NCBI GenBank assembly: GCA_964016885.1
Contig: OZ024741.1
Coordinates: forward strand, 268,832,001-268,896,000
Reading direction: 5' to 3'
Source: Eledone cirrhosa
Lineage: Eukaryota
Length of the DNA: 64,000 bases
Part shown: positions 13,197 through 27,030 of the stretch, in pieces
How positions within the stretch are numbered: position 1 is the first letter of the stretch
How the letters are laid out: each line of letters starts with the position of its first letter
Made by a program: the position numbers and the translations under genes
The notes under the pieces: model-generated
Seen by the model: the letters and a program-made list of their open reading frames with translations, nothing else
The model's database searches: none
Told to the model about the DNA's origin: nothing

Positions 13197-13543
13197 GGAG
13201 GCACATGGCTTAGTGGTTAGAGCATTGGCCTTGCAATCGAAAGATTGTGAGTTCAATCCTCAGACCGGGTGATGTGTTGTTTCCTTGAGCAAGACACTTT
13301 ATTTCACATTGCTCCAGTTTACTCAGCTGTAGAAATGAGATGATAAGGACTGGGGTCCCTATCATTCCACTGTAAAGTGGTCGTGGAGGTGCCACGGCAA
13401 AAAAGCACCCAGCACTCACTGTAAATGAGGTTGGTGTTAGGAAGGGCATCCAGCTGTAGAAATCAAGCCAGCATCAGTTCCCGTCCCACCCTTGCAAGCA
13501 GGGAAAAGTGGACGTAAAATGATGATGATGATGATGATGATGA
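13197..13543 (+). mobile_element. SINE family A, full length (tRNA head + CORE-like segment + RTE-derived 3' tail)
   Basis: A box TGGCTTAGTGG, B box GAGTTCAATCC, CCTTGAGCAAGACACTT, tail CCCACCCTTGCAAGCAGGGAAAAGTGGACGTAAAA(TGA)n. Confidence 0.93.
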
Positions 13544-13572
13544 TATAGATATATATAGATAGATAGATAGAT

Positions 13573-13970
<398 letters not shown>

Positions 13971-14029
13971 TGTATATAATTATATATTCGTGTACAGATA
14001 TTTTTGCATACACAAAAAGAAAATATCAA

Positions 14030-15111
14030 CAACCGTATTTATTTCACAATAACACAGACGGCTTATCGTCACTGTTACTGCCGATATGCCACCCAAAAAG
14101 TCCCATGTGTGGAGGAAGACCTGGAGGGTGATCCTACACACATATTACGGCTGAAGAAAGGAATTTCAATAATGCTGCTTCGGAATCTGGAGCCACCAAA
14201 GCTATGCAACGGCACACGACTGGTTGTAAAAAATTGCTGCCCCATCTTATCGAGGCTACTATCCTTTCAGGAAGTGGGGACGACGTATTCATTCCGTGAG
14301 TTCCTCTCATTCCATTCTATTTTCCTTTTGGAGACTTCAATTTCCAATTCGTGTCAGCTTTGCAATGTCTATCAACAAACCCCAGTTGCTGGTCTTCTTT
14401 TGGAAGAGTCATGTTTTGCACACGGGCAACTATACGTTGGCTGCTCAAGAGTGGGAAACAAGACAAATCTCTTTGCATATGCCCGACACGGAAGAACAAG
14501 GAACATTGTGCTACAATCATTTTTGAGGTAGACGAGGCAGAAGGGGATATACACGATTGGCTGAAGAAGGACGAGACTGTGTTAGTAGTACGACCAACGG
14601 CTGCTATCACACCAACAGCAGCAAAAACAACAACAAAAAAGAGAGGGAACGCAATTACATGCTTTTGAAAAATCGTAATGGAAAATTATTTGCCTATTCG
14701 CCCAAGGCGACTTCACTTTTTATTAGGACTTCTGCATCAATTGGTGAACATACAACGAAACATTGAAAGGAGTAAGACAACACCACTCTCCACCACTGCA
14801 GTCCCACATGCTTACTGCTCTCTAACTATTGCTTTCACTGTACCATAATACAACAAATACATGTTCGATTTGTCGAATGCCTTTTTACTTAACCCTATCG
14901 TCTTGGCTTTCGTGGGTTGAACATTTTACTCTCAGGCACCCAATTAAGTTAAACCCCTGGTAATCTACGACAAATTTTTTTTATAAGCACAAAATGTAGA
15001 CACCATCTTGAGGCCGAGGTATTCTGTACTTCTCTGTACTATTTCAGAAAGGAGGGATAAACATGCGAATCTATGTTTAGAATCCTAAGCAACGCCGGGC
15101 CATTCTGCTAG
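14030..15111 (+). mobile_element. Helitron remnant: PIF1-type helicase C-terminus plus 3' terminus
   Basis: LRLKKGISIMLLRNLEPPKLCNGTRLVV, RLQFPIRVSFAMSINK (SQGQ deleted) and HGQLYVGCSRV, frameshifted. 3' end GCAACGCCGGG...CTAG|T at 15108-15112. Confidence 0.88.
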
Positions 15112-15451
15112 TATAATACTAAAACTCTGTGATTGCTAGCTTGCTTGCTTGATTGTCTGTAATATAATACAGCCAAAAGGGAGCATAATGGGAAAAAAAA
15201 CCTTTGAAAGGAAGTTGACCCTGAAATGAAATAAAACAAGTTTCACGTAAATTGAAGTAAATTGAATTCCCGAGATATGGGGTTATTCCGGGTACCTTCA
15301 TAAATAGAGAAAGAGAGAGAAAGAGATAGTGGTTGTAAGAGATTAGATTGAAAGAGAGCCATAGAGAGAGGGAGAGGAGAAGGAGAATGGAAGAGAGAGT
15401 GCTGGTGGTGTTGTTGTATATGTGTGTGTATATATATATATATATATTAGT

Positions 15452-15572
15452 GAAGGCGCGTGGCCGAGTTGTTAGAGAACTGGATTCGCAATCGTGAGGT
15501 TGTGAGTTCGATTCCCGAACCGGGCGATGCGGTGTGTTCTTGGGCAAGACACTTTATTTCACGTTGCTCCTT
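15452..15572 (+). mobile_element. tRNA-derived SINE head (relative of family A)
   Basis: GAAGGCGCGTGGCCGAGTTGTTAGAG...GAGTTCGATTCCC...CTTGGGCAAGACACTT; similar copy at 19068-19190. Confidence 0.8.
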
Positions 15573-15656
15573 CTATCTGGAGTTGCGACCGATAGATAGT
15601 ATTAGCAATTGGAAACATTGTTTCCTCGGTCCGATTTGACGAAAGTCGATCGACTG

Positions 15657-15749
<93 letters not shown>

Positions 15750-15905
15750 GTGTATGTCTATGAACAGTGTAAACAGATCACAGACACCCACATATATATA
15801 CACATACATATATATAGATATATATATGTATACAAACACACACATATATATACATACACACATGTATATATATGGGCCTTCCAGTTTCATTTCACATTAT
15901 ATACA

Positions 15906-16338
15906 CTAACAGTAAAACCACCCTGCGGGTGGTTTTCTGCTAGCAAGTGTAGTGTGTATATATACATGTAGATATGATACTAAAATTGTAATTGGCAGTA
16001 TACATAGAAATTGAATGAAGACTGTGTTACATCTCTTATATAATCATTAACATAATCCATTAAAAAAAAGACGATATTATATATAAACTGCATTAGGAGA
16101 AAATTAATATGTTTATTTAAGTGATCGCCACTGGAAGTGTTGACATTTGATAATTTTAAAGAAATGAATCTTTAAATAAATAATAAAATATATTTAATGA
16201 ACAGCCACAAAATTTAGTAGATAAATTATGTAATATTCATTCATTATTTATTCAAAGTAATCCAACTTATTTTACTAAGGGGATAAAAAATTATAAACCG
16301 TAAGCAATCCCGCGCTTCTTACTTTATTATAGTTTAGA
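15906..16338 (-). mobile_element. Non-autonomous Helitron-like element
   Basis: Minus strand begins A|TCTAAACTATAATAAAG and ends with hairpin AAAACCACC-CGCAG-GGTGGTTTT then TTAG|T (CTAG-like), consistent with insertion at an A|T site. Confidence 0.65.
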
Positions 16339-16485
16339 TGTTTGTGTATATTTTAATTATTTAAAATTATTTTTAAGTGAACATGATTTAAAAAAAAAAA
16401 TTTTTTAAATCATGTTCACGGTGGTTTAGTTTTCAGTGCAGCAGATTCCCCCCCCCTCTCTCTCGCTCTCTCTCGCTCTCTCTCT

Positions 16486-16536
<51 letters not shown>

Positions 16537-17058
16537 TGCACATGGTGAAACCCATGCAAGTGTAGAAAGTATATTTTTATGTATATGTGAGGTGGCTAAT
16601 TGGCAGAGTTGTTAGAACATCAGATAGAGTTGCATTTTGATTTCAATTCCCAACAAAGACAATTTTGCCTTTCATCCTTTTAAGGTCTATAAACCCCCCT
16701 GTAACACCTGATGGGGGCTTAGGGGCACTGCAATGACAGTGTTTCATGGGCATTTTTTAAGTCTGGCAGAACCCATCTCCTTTCCAGGTCTGAACTCATA
16801 AGATTTCTTTGAGAGAAAGAGAGAGGGAAAGTGGAAAAGAGATATAGAGGAAGAATCTACCCCAGTATTCAACTGATATTTCTTTTATAGATACGTGTGT
16901 GTGTAACATATATCCATATCTCACACATATAATGTACACACACCTACACACACACACAAAGAGAGAGATACATATGTGTGTGTGTGTGTGTATTATATAT
17001 ATGTTTATAAATGTCTATGTATTATATCCATGCTAGCATGGAAAGTGGACATTAAATT

Positions 17059-17106
<48 letters not shown>

Positions 17107-17537
17107 GATATATATATATATATATTGGAATATTCTTTGTCTTGATTCCATTGCTAATCCGTGAACATAGTTAGTAATAATTATGCTTTTGTTGCAAATT
17201 CCAAATCCGTATTTTATAAAGTTCATTTACATTTGAATGTATTATAATGATAATATCTTTGTGAAAATTACTGCAGAAGGGCGTGTCTCATAAACTGATT
17301 ATAAACAGGATTATTATTTAACTTCATCTCTCTTGATTTTTCTCACTTTCAATGTCTGAATGTCTATATTTTGAGCATTAAATTGACACAAATGGTAGAA
17401 TGTCAAACAAATCACTTTGCTGTATCTAATTAGGGTCCTTTATATTCAGAGATCAAATCTCACTGAGGTTAAATTTGCCTTTCATCCTTACAGCATCGAT
17501 GAAATAAAGTACCAGTAATGCACAGAGTCAATATACC

Positions 17538-17569
<32 letters not shown>

Positions 17570-18813
17570 TTGTTGGCTTTATGTCGAAATCAGAAATTGT
17601 TAGTTCAAATCCTGTTACGGTTATCTTTGTCTTTCATCCTTACAGGATCAATAAAATAATGTACCGGTAATGCACTGGGGTTAATTTAATCGGCTTTCCT
17701 CTTCCCCCTGAATTGTGGCCTTATGCCTAAATCAGAAATTATTTTGGTTATTATTATGATGTTGATGTTGTTTTCAGCTTTCTAGTCTCTAGTCTAGTCT
17801 CTCAAGCCAGATGGCTTGTCAAGCTAGTGCTTATCTCGATTTTGTGGCATGAAATTGAGAGTACAAGACTCTCCCTGGATAGGATGCAAGTTCATCACAG
17901 GTTTAAACCCCAGCTACTACTGGTACTCATTTTCAGCAATGTGAAATGAAGTGTTTGTTCAATAACACAACACACCACATGGTCCAGGAATCGAACCCAC
18001 GGCATTATGATCATAAATTACCACTAGGCCATGCACCTTCACATTTTCAGCTCTGGACAGCTGAATTCAATGTTCACTGTATTTTTGCTTGCTTACATTT
18101 AAAGCAATGCCTTTCTGTAAACATGTCATAGCAATCAGTGATGCAATATTTGTGAATAGTTTGTCATTTCTGTGTAGTTATCATCTCAACACTGCTCAAC
18201 ACATACACACACACGAGGCACTTTTGCATACATACACACACACACACCTGCATATTCACATACATACATATACACACACACACACATACATACATCATCA
18301 TCCTTTATACCTGTTTAACATCTATTTTTCATGTTTGCATGGGTTTGATGGGCTCTTGCCATATGAGACTAGGCAGGTCAGGTGACAATGTCTTGTACAT
18401 ATAATCCGTTTCGCGATTGGTTTTCTATGGCTGGATGCTCTTCCTAATGCCAACCACCTTACAAGAACTGGGTGCTTTTTGTCATGTCACCAGCATGACC
18501 ACCTTACTGAATGTTTATATTTATCTAAAAACCTTCCGTCATAAATTTACTTCAGGACCTGTTTAATAATGAGAGAGTTGTATTAATGAGAAGTTATATA
18601 ACTGAATCACTATAAATTCTTGACTGTTTTGTAAATGAAATAAAAATCACAGGCAGTGTCTTTCATTAGAAATATGGTGATGAAAGGGTCGATATATTTA
18701 ATATTGTTACATCTAAAATAAACTGTTATTTGTCTCCACAGATTGTTATCTGTCAATGAAGTAGATCATCGATTAAATTTATGGCCTTGTTTCAGACAGA
18801 GTTTAAAAGAAGC

Positions 18814-18897
<84 letters not shown>

Positions 18898-19308
18898 TAT
18901 TTATGCAACACTTAGTCCAAATACATCACCCTTCCTCCTCTTAGCCACTCATTTACATTTCTGTCCCTGTATCTCTGAAGTAGAGTATGTTTAACATATT
19001 GCTTTGGAAAAATGCATCAACCGTATCGCACCTAAAAACATTTAAAACTATAATTACTCTAACTAGTGAAGACACATGGATTAGTGGTTAGAGAGTTGGA
19101 TTTACAATCGTGAGGTAGTGAGTTCAATTCCTGACCGGCTGATGTACTATGTATGTCCTTGAGCAAGACACTTTATTTCACATTGCTCCTTCTGCCAGGA
19201 GTTATGACTGGTAGATAGTATCAGAAATTGGAAAGACCAATGGAGTTCCACCCCACGCGGTAAGCAAATGAGGTCGGGGATCTCGCTGATCTCGCTTAGT
19301 TCAGTTCA

Positions 19309-19368
<60 letters not shown>

Positions 19369-19371
19369 TTT

Positions 19372-20145
<774 letters not shown>

Positions 20146-20149
20146 ATAT

Positions 20150-20440
20150 AAAGGCACCCAGTTCACAGAAATAATCGGGCTGGATACCCGATTGCGCAGT
20201 TATACCACTGGGAGTGACGGACCCCTAGCACTTGTCAGGGCATTCTTCTAGGAGTAGGCATCTCAGGAAACTGGGTTAACTTCGACATAAAACCTGCGGC
20301 TCAGTAGTCACCGATGATGTTGATTGTTTCTTCTTTTCGGGTTATAGCTACTGTCGCTCAGAGAGTGGGATTGGCTCAGTGCATAGTCTTTCCCCAATTT
20401 AAAAATATTCTTCACACACAGGCATTGCATGATTGCATTA
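20150..20440 (+). mobile_element. Non-coding repeat resembling an RTE 5'-UTR derivative (family C)
   Basis: Homologous to the reverse complement of 25560-25790 and, more loosely, 27700-27900 (CTAGGAGAAGGAAAACTCTGA-like motif). Confidence 0.6.
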
Positions 20441-20734
20441 ATTAATAATTATTAATAGTGTTATTATTATAATTATTATTACTTTTTTTTTTCCAATTCA
20501 ATAAAAGATATAATTAGCAATAAGAGCAGGGGCCTCAGGGTATCACAGCCTGGGCCCGCTTGTCATCGTGCCACTGTAATAGAGCCAAACAAGGCATTTA
20601 ATATTGGCTGTTGTAATGTTCGGACGCTGCTTGACAGGGATTCCTCTGAATGTACTGAATGAAGGACTGCTCTTGTTGCAAAGGAGCTTTGACGTTATGA
20701 TCTTCCAACTGGAAGAAATGACTTGAAAATGATA

Positions 20735-20828
20735 AACACATCTGAGGCCCTTGCGAATGCAGAGTCAGGTTCGATCTATAATAGATCCTGCCTTGAGCTG
20801 ATCATCGGAGAAACATATGTAATATGTT
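20735..20828 (+). ncRNA. Decayed hammerhead-like motif with extended stem II
   Basis: AACACAT-CTGAGG...GAAA-CATATG-T-A-ATATGTT, then AATAAA. Palindromic ACATATGT; stem I pairs 6/7; the 5' core is incomplete. Shares CCTTGAGCTGATCA with the 6566/58007 family. Confidence 0.5.
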
Positions 20829-20931
20829 AATAAATTGTGTTTTAATGCATCACCGATTCCTCGTTTTCTATAATATATATATATATGTATATGTATGTAT
20901 ATATATATATATGTATATGTATGTATGTATA

Positions 20932-20965
<34 letters not shown>

Positions 20966-21547
20966 CACGCATCATAAATCAAGCTATATATGGCAGTCAT
21001 ATCCAAAGACTGGTGCTGTAGTATTCTCCTAAATTGCTACAAAGATAAAGGGGATGCTCTGGAGAGGAGCAATTATAGGGGTATAAAGCTGATGGATCAG
21101 GTTATGAAAGTGGCAGAGAGAATATTAGCGCAACTGATTAAAGGAAGGGTCAAACTAGATGAGATGCAGTTTAGTTTTGTGCCTGGGAAAAGTACAACTG
21201 AGGCCCTCTTCTTAGTGAGGCAACTACAAGAGAGGTTCTTAGAGAAGAATAAGCCACTATAAGCTTTTGTTGACCTAGAGAAGGCCTTTGATAGTGTACC
21301 TCGATCTGTCATCTGGTGGTCCCTAAGGAAACTAGGTGTAGAGGAATGGCTTGTGAGGGCAGTGCAAGCTATGTACACTAAAGTGAGAGTAGGAATGGAG
21401 TTTAGTGAGGAATTCCAGATACAAGTAGGAGTACATCAGCACACTCTTGTTCATTATAGTCCTCCAAGCTATAGCAGAGGAGTTTAAGACTAGCTGCCTA
21501 TGGGAACTTCTCTATGCCGATGATCTGGTTCTTATAGCAGAATCAGT
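20966..21547 (+). mobile_element. RTE LINE RT fragment
   Basis: YKDKGDALERSNYRGIKL, AFVDLEKAFDSV, LLYADDL. Confidence 0.92.
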
Positions 21548-22292
21548 CCACTTTTCCCTGCTTGCAAGGGTGGGACGGGTCCTATTCAGCACAGCCTCTC
21601 GCCACTTGTCATGGTCCTTCGTCATCTCCTCCGTGAGTTTCAGGGATCTGAGTTCTGTTCTCACCACCTCCGCCCATGTTTTTCCTGGTCTTCCTCTCCT
21701 GCGTCACCCTACAACTGGGATTTCTTGGCACTTCTTTACCCATGCGCATCACATGTCCATACCATCGCAGTCTTCTCTCCCGCACACTACAACTTATCCC
21801 GCTTATACACTGTTTCTCTCTAAACTCATCTATGCTTGGTCATTCACACACATTGACATTGCACATCCAACGGAGCATACTTGCTTCATTTCTCTGCAGC
21901 CGTTGCATATCCTCTGCAGTTGCTGCCCATGTCTCACAACCATGCAGCATCGTGCATCTCACACAGGCATCATATAACCAGCCTTTCATATGCAGGGAGA
22001 AACCCTTTCTCAACAGAGGAAGCAGCTTCCTAAACTTCTTCCAACCGGTCCTTATTCTAGATACTATGGCTTTGGAAAACCCCCCTCCCATGCTAATCTG
22101 ATCACCTTGGTACTGTAAGCTATCAACCACTTCTATAGAACCAATTTACATTTGAAAAATGTGTCTATCACTGTGACTTCTACTGTCAAATTTCCCTGTA
22201 CATCTACTGCGTACGTAGTTTTCCCTACCTGTTAGTTTGCCTACTATCCCACTACATCTCTTGTGTACCCAAGATCTCCACTGTGTACATTT
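21548..22292 (-). mobile_element. RTE LINE 3' fragment, inverted relative to 20966-21547
   Basis: Reverse complement matches 10800-11560, including the 3' tail. Confidence 0.92.
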
Positions 22293-22412
22293 TAAGGAAT
22301 ATATATATATATTTAACTAATATATATTTCTCATTGTATTGTGTTGTTTGCTTTGATATTTCTGTTTGGTTTTTGTATACATACATACATATATGTGTGG
22401 GTGTGTTTATAT

Positions 22413-22451
<39 letters not shown>

Positions 22452-22792
22452 TCATCCATTTTCCACATGATCATGGGTAGGACGGGCTGTACCTTTGTGA
22501 GAGATCACACAGAACTGATTTTGGCTTGCTTTTTACAGCTGAATTCTCTTCCTAACGCCAATGATGCCCTTCCTATATATATATCAAACAACCCCCTGTC
22601 CTTTGTTGCAGTTACGAACCTACAATGTTTGGGATTGTTGAGTGTGTGGCATTCAGCTGGTTTGTTGTAGCAGTCACATTGACTGGGATGCTGTCTCTGA
22701 ATTAATTTCATTTTCTGTTTATATTTGCTGTAATCCAGTAATTGATTACATATTCAGACACCTATATACATACACACGCACATATATATTCA

Positions 22793-23060
22793 TTTCATTT
22801 CATTTTACACCTGCTTTTTCACTGCTTGCAAGGGTGGGACGGGAACTGATTCTGGCATGATTTCTACAGCTGGATGCCCTTCCTAACACCAACCTCATTT
22901 ACAGTGAGTGCTGGATGCTTTTTTGCCGTGGCGCCTCCACGACCACTTTGCAGTGGAATAATAGGGACCCCAGTCCCTATCATCTCATTTCTACAGCTGA
23001 GTAAACTGGAGCAATGTGAAATATAGTGTCTTGCTCAAGGAAACAACACATCACCCGGTC
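22793..23060 (-). mobile_element. SINE family A, headless copy
   Basis: Reverse complement of the consensus body and tail. Confidence 0.9.
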
Positions 23061-23100
23061 ATATATATATGCATATACGTGTGTGTGTGTGTATATAAAT

Positions 23101-23153
<53 letters not shown>

Positions 23154-23164
23154 TTTACTTTGAA

Positions 23165-23496
23165 GTAATGTTACTCAATAAAGTATGTAGCTTGGAGATC
23201 AAAGAGCTGTTACTTCTGCAAGTTGAGAGATCACATCTCTGATACTATGGGCATATGGTTAGAATATCAGAGAAAAGAATCGCTGGACAGATTTTATGGG
23301 CACAACCAACCAACAAGAGACCCAGGGGTAGACCCCGAGCAAGATGTTTGGATAACAACCATGAGCTTGGTTGGTCACGCTTGGGGATCGAGCCGGATCA
23401 CTTGGAGATAGTTGCTTCTGACAGGACCCGCTGGAATGAGTGTTTGAGGACTCTGCCCCCCTGATCCTCTCGGGAATAAGTGGACGAAGAAGAAGA
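23165..23496 (+). mobile_element. 3' end of a second RTE-like LINE family
   Basis: YYGHMVRISEKRIAGQILWAQPTNKRPRGRPRAR..., followed by a (GAA)n tail. Confidence 0.75.
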
Positions 23497-23513
23497 TATA
23501 TATATATATATAT

Positions 23514-23636
23514 GAACGAATAAATATTCTAAAGAGATTATGCAATAGTGATTGCCTAAACATGAGAAATGAATTCTTCACATGTTGTTCACACGTCTCG
23601 AAACACCTCTTGCATAACTACAAATCTCCGGATTGA
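23514..23636 (+). pseudogene. C-terminal tail of a Penelope-like element GIY-YIG endonuclease
   Basis: Manual translation ERINILKRLCNSDCLNMRNEFFTCCSHVSKHLLHNYKSPD* fits the E-x3-I...LN-x-R-x-E-x4-C-x-H-x2-K-x-LL ending I recall from PLE ORFs; a hammerhead-like motif follows. Confidence 0.65.
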
Positions 23637-23807
23637 ATTATTACAACAGCATCATAATTTTCTTATCAACTAAAAACTTTTTGGACTTTCGCAGTTATCT
23701 CCCATACACCTCTCGCACGCATTTTAGTATTGCCTGTGTGAAGTGACCGGTTTCTGCGCATGCGTGTTCGTACGGTTGTCCTTCCTGTTCCGTATAACCA
23801 TGTCCAT

Positions 23808-23850
23808 TACGAACTGAAGATCCGCTAAGGTGAAACAATTGTTCTTGGTA
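23808..23850 (+). ncRNA. Type I hammerhead-like motif in a PLE pLTR region
   Basis: TACGAA-CTGAAGA-T-CC GCTAA GG-T-GAAA-CAATTG-T-T-C-TTGGTA; palindromic ACAATTGT stem III; stem I 5/6 pairs with a 1-nt register ambiguity. Confidence 0.65.
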
Positions 23851-23942
23851 TGGTGAACTAACTGTTGTGTAACCACTTCTACCTAACTCGTCCCATGGAC
23901 TGAGTGCTCTACCACTACGGATATTACCTTCCAGTGTTCTAC

Positions 23943-24006
<64 letters not shown>

Positions 24007-24147
24007 CTATATACACACACACATATACATACCATATAACTCAGCCATCGGGGCCCTGGCTCTTTTCATATTACCCATTCCACTACCCAAAGTATTGAGT
24101 ACTCTGGTGTGTTATGGTCCACCTGGTACCTTACCACACCCACTTGT

Positions 24148-24192
<45 letters not shown>

Positions 24193-24244
24193 ATATATAT
24201 ATATATATATATACATATATATACTTATAGATATATAGATATAC

Positions 24245-24306
<62 letters not shown>

Positions 24307-24307
<1 letters not shown>

Positions 24308-24618
24308 CGTCCGCTTCTCCCTGCTTGCAAGGGTGGGACGGGAACTGATTCTGGCTTGATTTCTACAGCTGGATGCCCTTCCTAACACCAACCTCATTTA
24401 CAGTGAGTGCTGGGTGCATTTTTGCCTTGGCGCCTACACGACCACTTTGCAGTGAAATGATATGGTCCCCAGTCCCTATCATCTCATTTCTACAGCTGAG
24501 TAAACTGGAGCAATGTGAAATAAAGTGTCTTGCTCAAGGAAACAACACATCACCCAGTCTGAACTCACAACCTTTCGATTGCAAGGCCAATGCTCTAACC
24601 ACTAAGCCATGTGCCTCC
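24307..24618 (-). mobile_element. SINE family A
   Basis: Reverse complement of the consensus, with a small deletion near the B box. Confidence 0.92.
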
Positions 24619-24713
<95 letters not shown>

Positions 24714-25431
24714 CATATATATACTCCCCTTACCCCGTATCTCTCTCTCACACGCACATACTCACACACTGATTAAGTTTCCAGTCAGGACTAATTCCTA
24801 GGAAGTCACAGCATGGAAATAGTTATATCATTAGTTAAAGACATGTTCTCTACTGCTACTGCTACTAAACAACTTTATATTGAGTGCAGCCAATTTCTTC
24901 TCTTCATACTCACGCCCAGCCACACTCTCCACTCTTCATTTCATGTATGTGTGTGTGTGTGTGTATGTGCAAGAGAGAGATAGTCTGTGTGTGCATCCGT
25001 GTTTGTGCGCATGTGTTTGTGTTTGAATCTGTCCGTGCAAATGTGTGTTTGTGTTTGTGCACATGAGTGATTTTGTGTGTGTGTGTGTGTATGCATGTGT
25101 GCGCACGTGCATTTATGCAATATGCGTTTGTGTGCATCTGTGTGTGCTTGGTTGTTTGTATGTGTATGTGTGTGTGTGTATGTAGTCTGTCTGCGACATT
25201 ATTCCATACCAACTGCTTGTTTTCGCTAATTCGTCACTGCATTCATATTTATAATTTTTCTTGTAGCAGTAGCCAAGCCTTGCTGTCACACACACACACA
25301 CCAATTCTATAGATATTCATGTAAAGGAATATATATTTCAACCCCCGTCCCCTCATACTGTACTCTTTTTAAAAAGTACTTTATGAAGATGACGTTTGTC
25401 CCTGATCGTGATTTGAACGAAGACCAACATA

Positions 25432-25489
<58 letters not shown>

Positions 25490-25494
<5 letters not shown>

Positions 25495-25870
25495 TGCCCT
25501 CGCGTTATCGAGTATGGCCATTGCACGATATACCATTATTAATAATTATTAATTAATTCTATCGTGCAATGCCTGTGCGTGAAGATATTTTTTAAAGTGA
25601 GAAAAGACTGTGCACTGAACCAATCCCACTCTCTGAGCGACAGTAGCTATAACCCGAATAGAAGAAAAGATCAACATCATCGGTAACTACTGAGCCACCG
25701 GTTTTATATCGGAGTTATCCCGTTTCCTGAGTTGCCTTTTCCTAGAAGAATGCCCTGACAAAGGCTAGGGGTCCTTCACTCCCAGTGGTTTAACCGCGCG
25801 GTGCATGTGTATATACATATTTACACACTTTCAGATGGCCATTGACTCTTATGAGTTCTTTCGCCCTTTG
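25490..25870 (-). mobile_element. Family C repeat (RTE 5'-UTR-like, non-coding)
   Basis: Homologous to 20150-20440 and 27489-28081. Confidence 0.65.
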
Positions 25871-25912
25871 TATATATATATAGATGCATACATACATATA
25901 TATGTGTGTGTG

Positions 25913-25994
<82 letters not shown>

Positions 25995-26050
25995 GGCGAT
26001 GAATTAGTTTTGCGAGGTTTTTGATATGAAATCGTGTGTCGAAACAAATG

Positions 26051-26990
26051 TTGTTATACTTGGGGAGGGTCATATTTGTGTAATATTGCCAGAATTAATA
26101 ACAGAACACACTCACTGTTTGGTTGGTTTTCGCTTTTCGCTTCTGTGTCTTTTATATCGGTAATCTAATTTATTCGGTCCTTAATGTTGCCATTGACTGA
26201 CCAACAGTAAAAAATAATACAGATACAATATAGACACAAACACATATATATAGTTTATCAAAGCGTTCAGTACTATACGAACATGCCAGACAACAACACG
26301 ACGGTAACATCGACAACATAGAAATTAGAATAATATCTAAACATAGAAATGACCCAGCAGATAGGCAAATCAGAGAGGCTAGTGAAATAGAACTTAGAAG
26401 GCCAAGGCTAAACAGAAAGAATGAATGGAATAACAACAACACCCAAACAAACAACACTGACCTAAGAGAAGTATAAATAAAAAGATAAATAAATAAATAA
26501 ATACATACACAAGCACAATAACAACAAACACATATAAACACACACTAGTAAAGATAGAATACATTAACCAATACACAGTCACCCAATCACGAACACACAT
26601 CAAACAAAGCGCTATACACACACACAAACGCATGCGCAAAAAAGACAAAATAAAATAAACAAATAAATAAATAAATATATAAACAGACTAAATAAAGATG
26701 GCGTAGACATACTATGTAACGGGAGGAAACAATAGCACCACTGACGATGTTGCAGATGTGCAACGAAAGAACTTTGATAAACTATATATATGTGTTTGTG
26801 TCTATATTGTATCTGTATTATTTTTGACCGCTGGTCAGTTAATGGCAACATTGAGGACCGAGTAAGTTAGATATAAAAGACCGATATAAAAGACACAGAA
26901 GCGAAAAGCGAAAACCAACCAAACAGTGAGTGTGTTCTGTTATTAATTCTGGCAATATTACACAAATATGACCCTCCCCAAGTATAACAA
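26051..26990. mobile_element. Fold-back element: ~215-bp inverted arms (26051-26263 / 26772-26990) with a hammerhead-like motif at the inner edge of the right arm
   Basis: Arms are reverse complements with few mismatches (outer ~110 bp identical); flanked by TA runs. Confidence 0.85.
26736..26779 (+). ncRNA. Type I hammerhead-like motif
   Basis: CACCA-CTGACGA-T-GTTGCA GATG TGCAAC-GAAA-GAAC-T-T-TGATA; intact core and perfect 6-bp stem II; weak stem I. Confidence 0.65.
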
Positions 26991-27030
26991 TATATATATG
27001 TGTATATATATATATATATATATGTATATA

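Noticed and set aside
13197-13270. Functional tRNA gene (GCA anticodon-like head)
   Set aside because: It is the head of a multi-copy SINE, continuing into body and tail without a Pol III terminator.
14004-14531. Host PIF1 helicase gene
   Set aside because: Frameshifted, motif-deleted and intronless, and followed by a Helitron-type 3' end.
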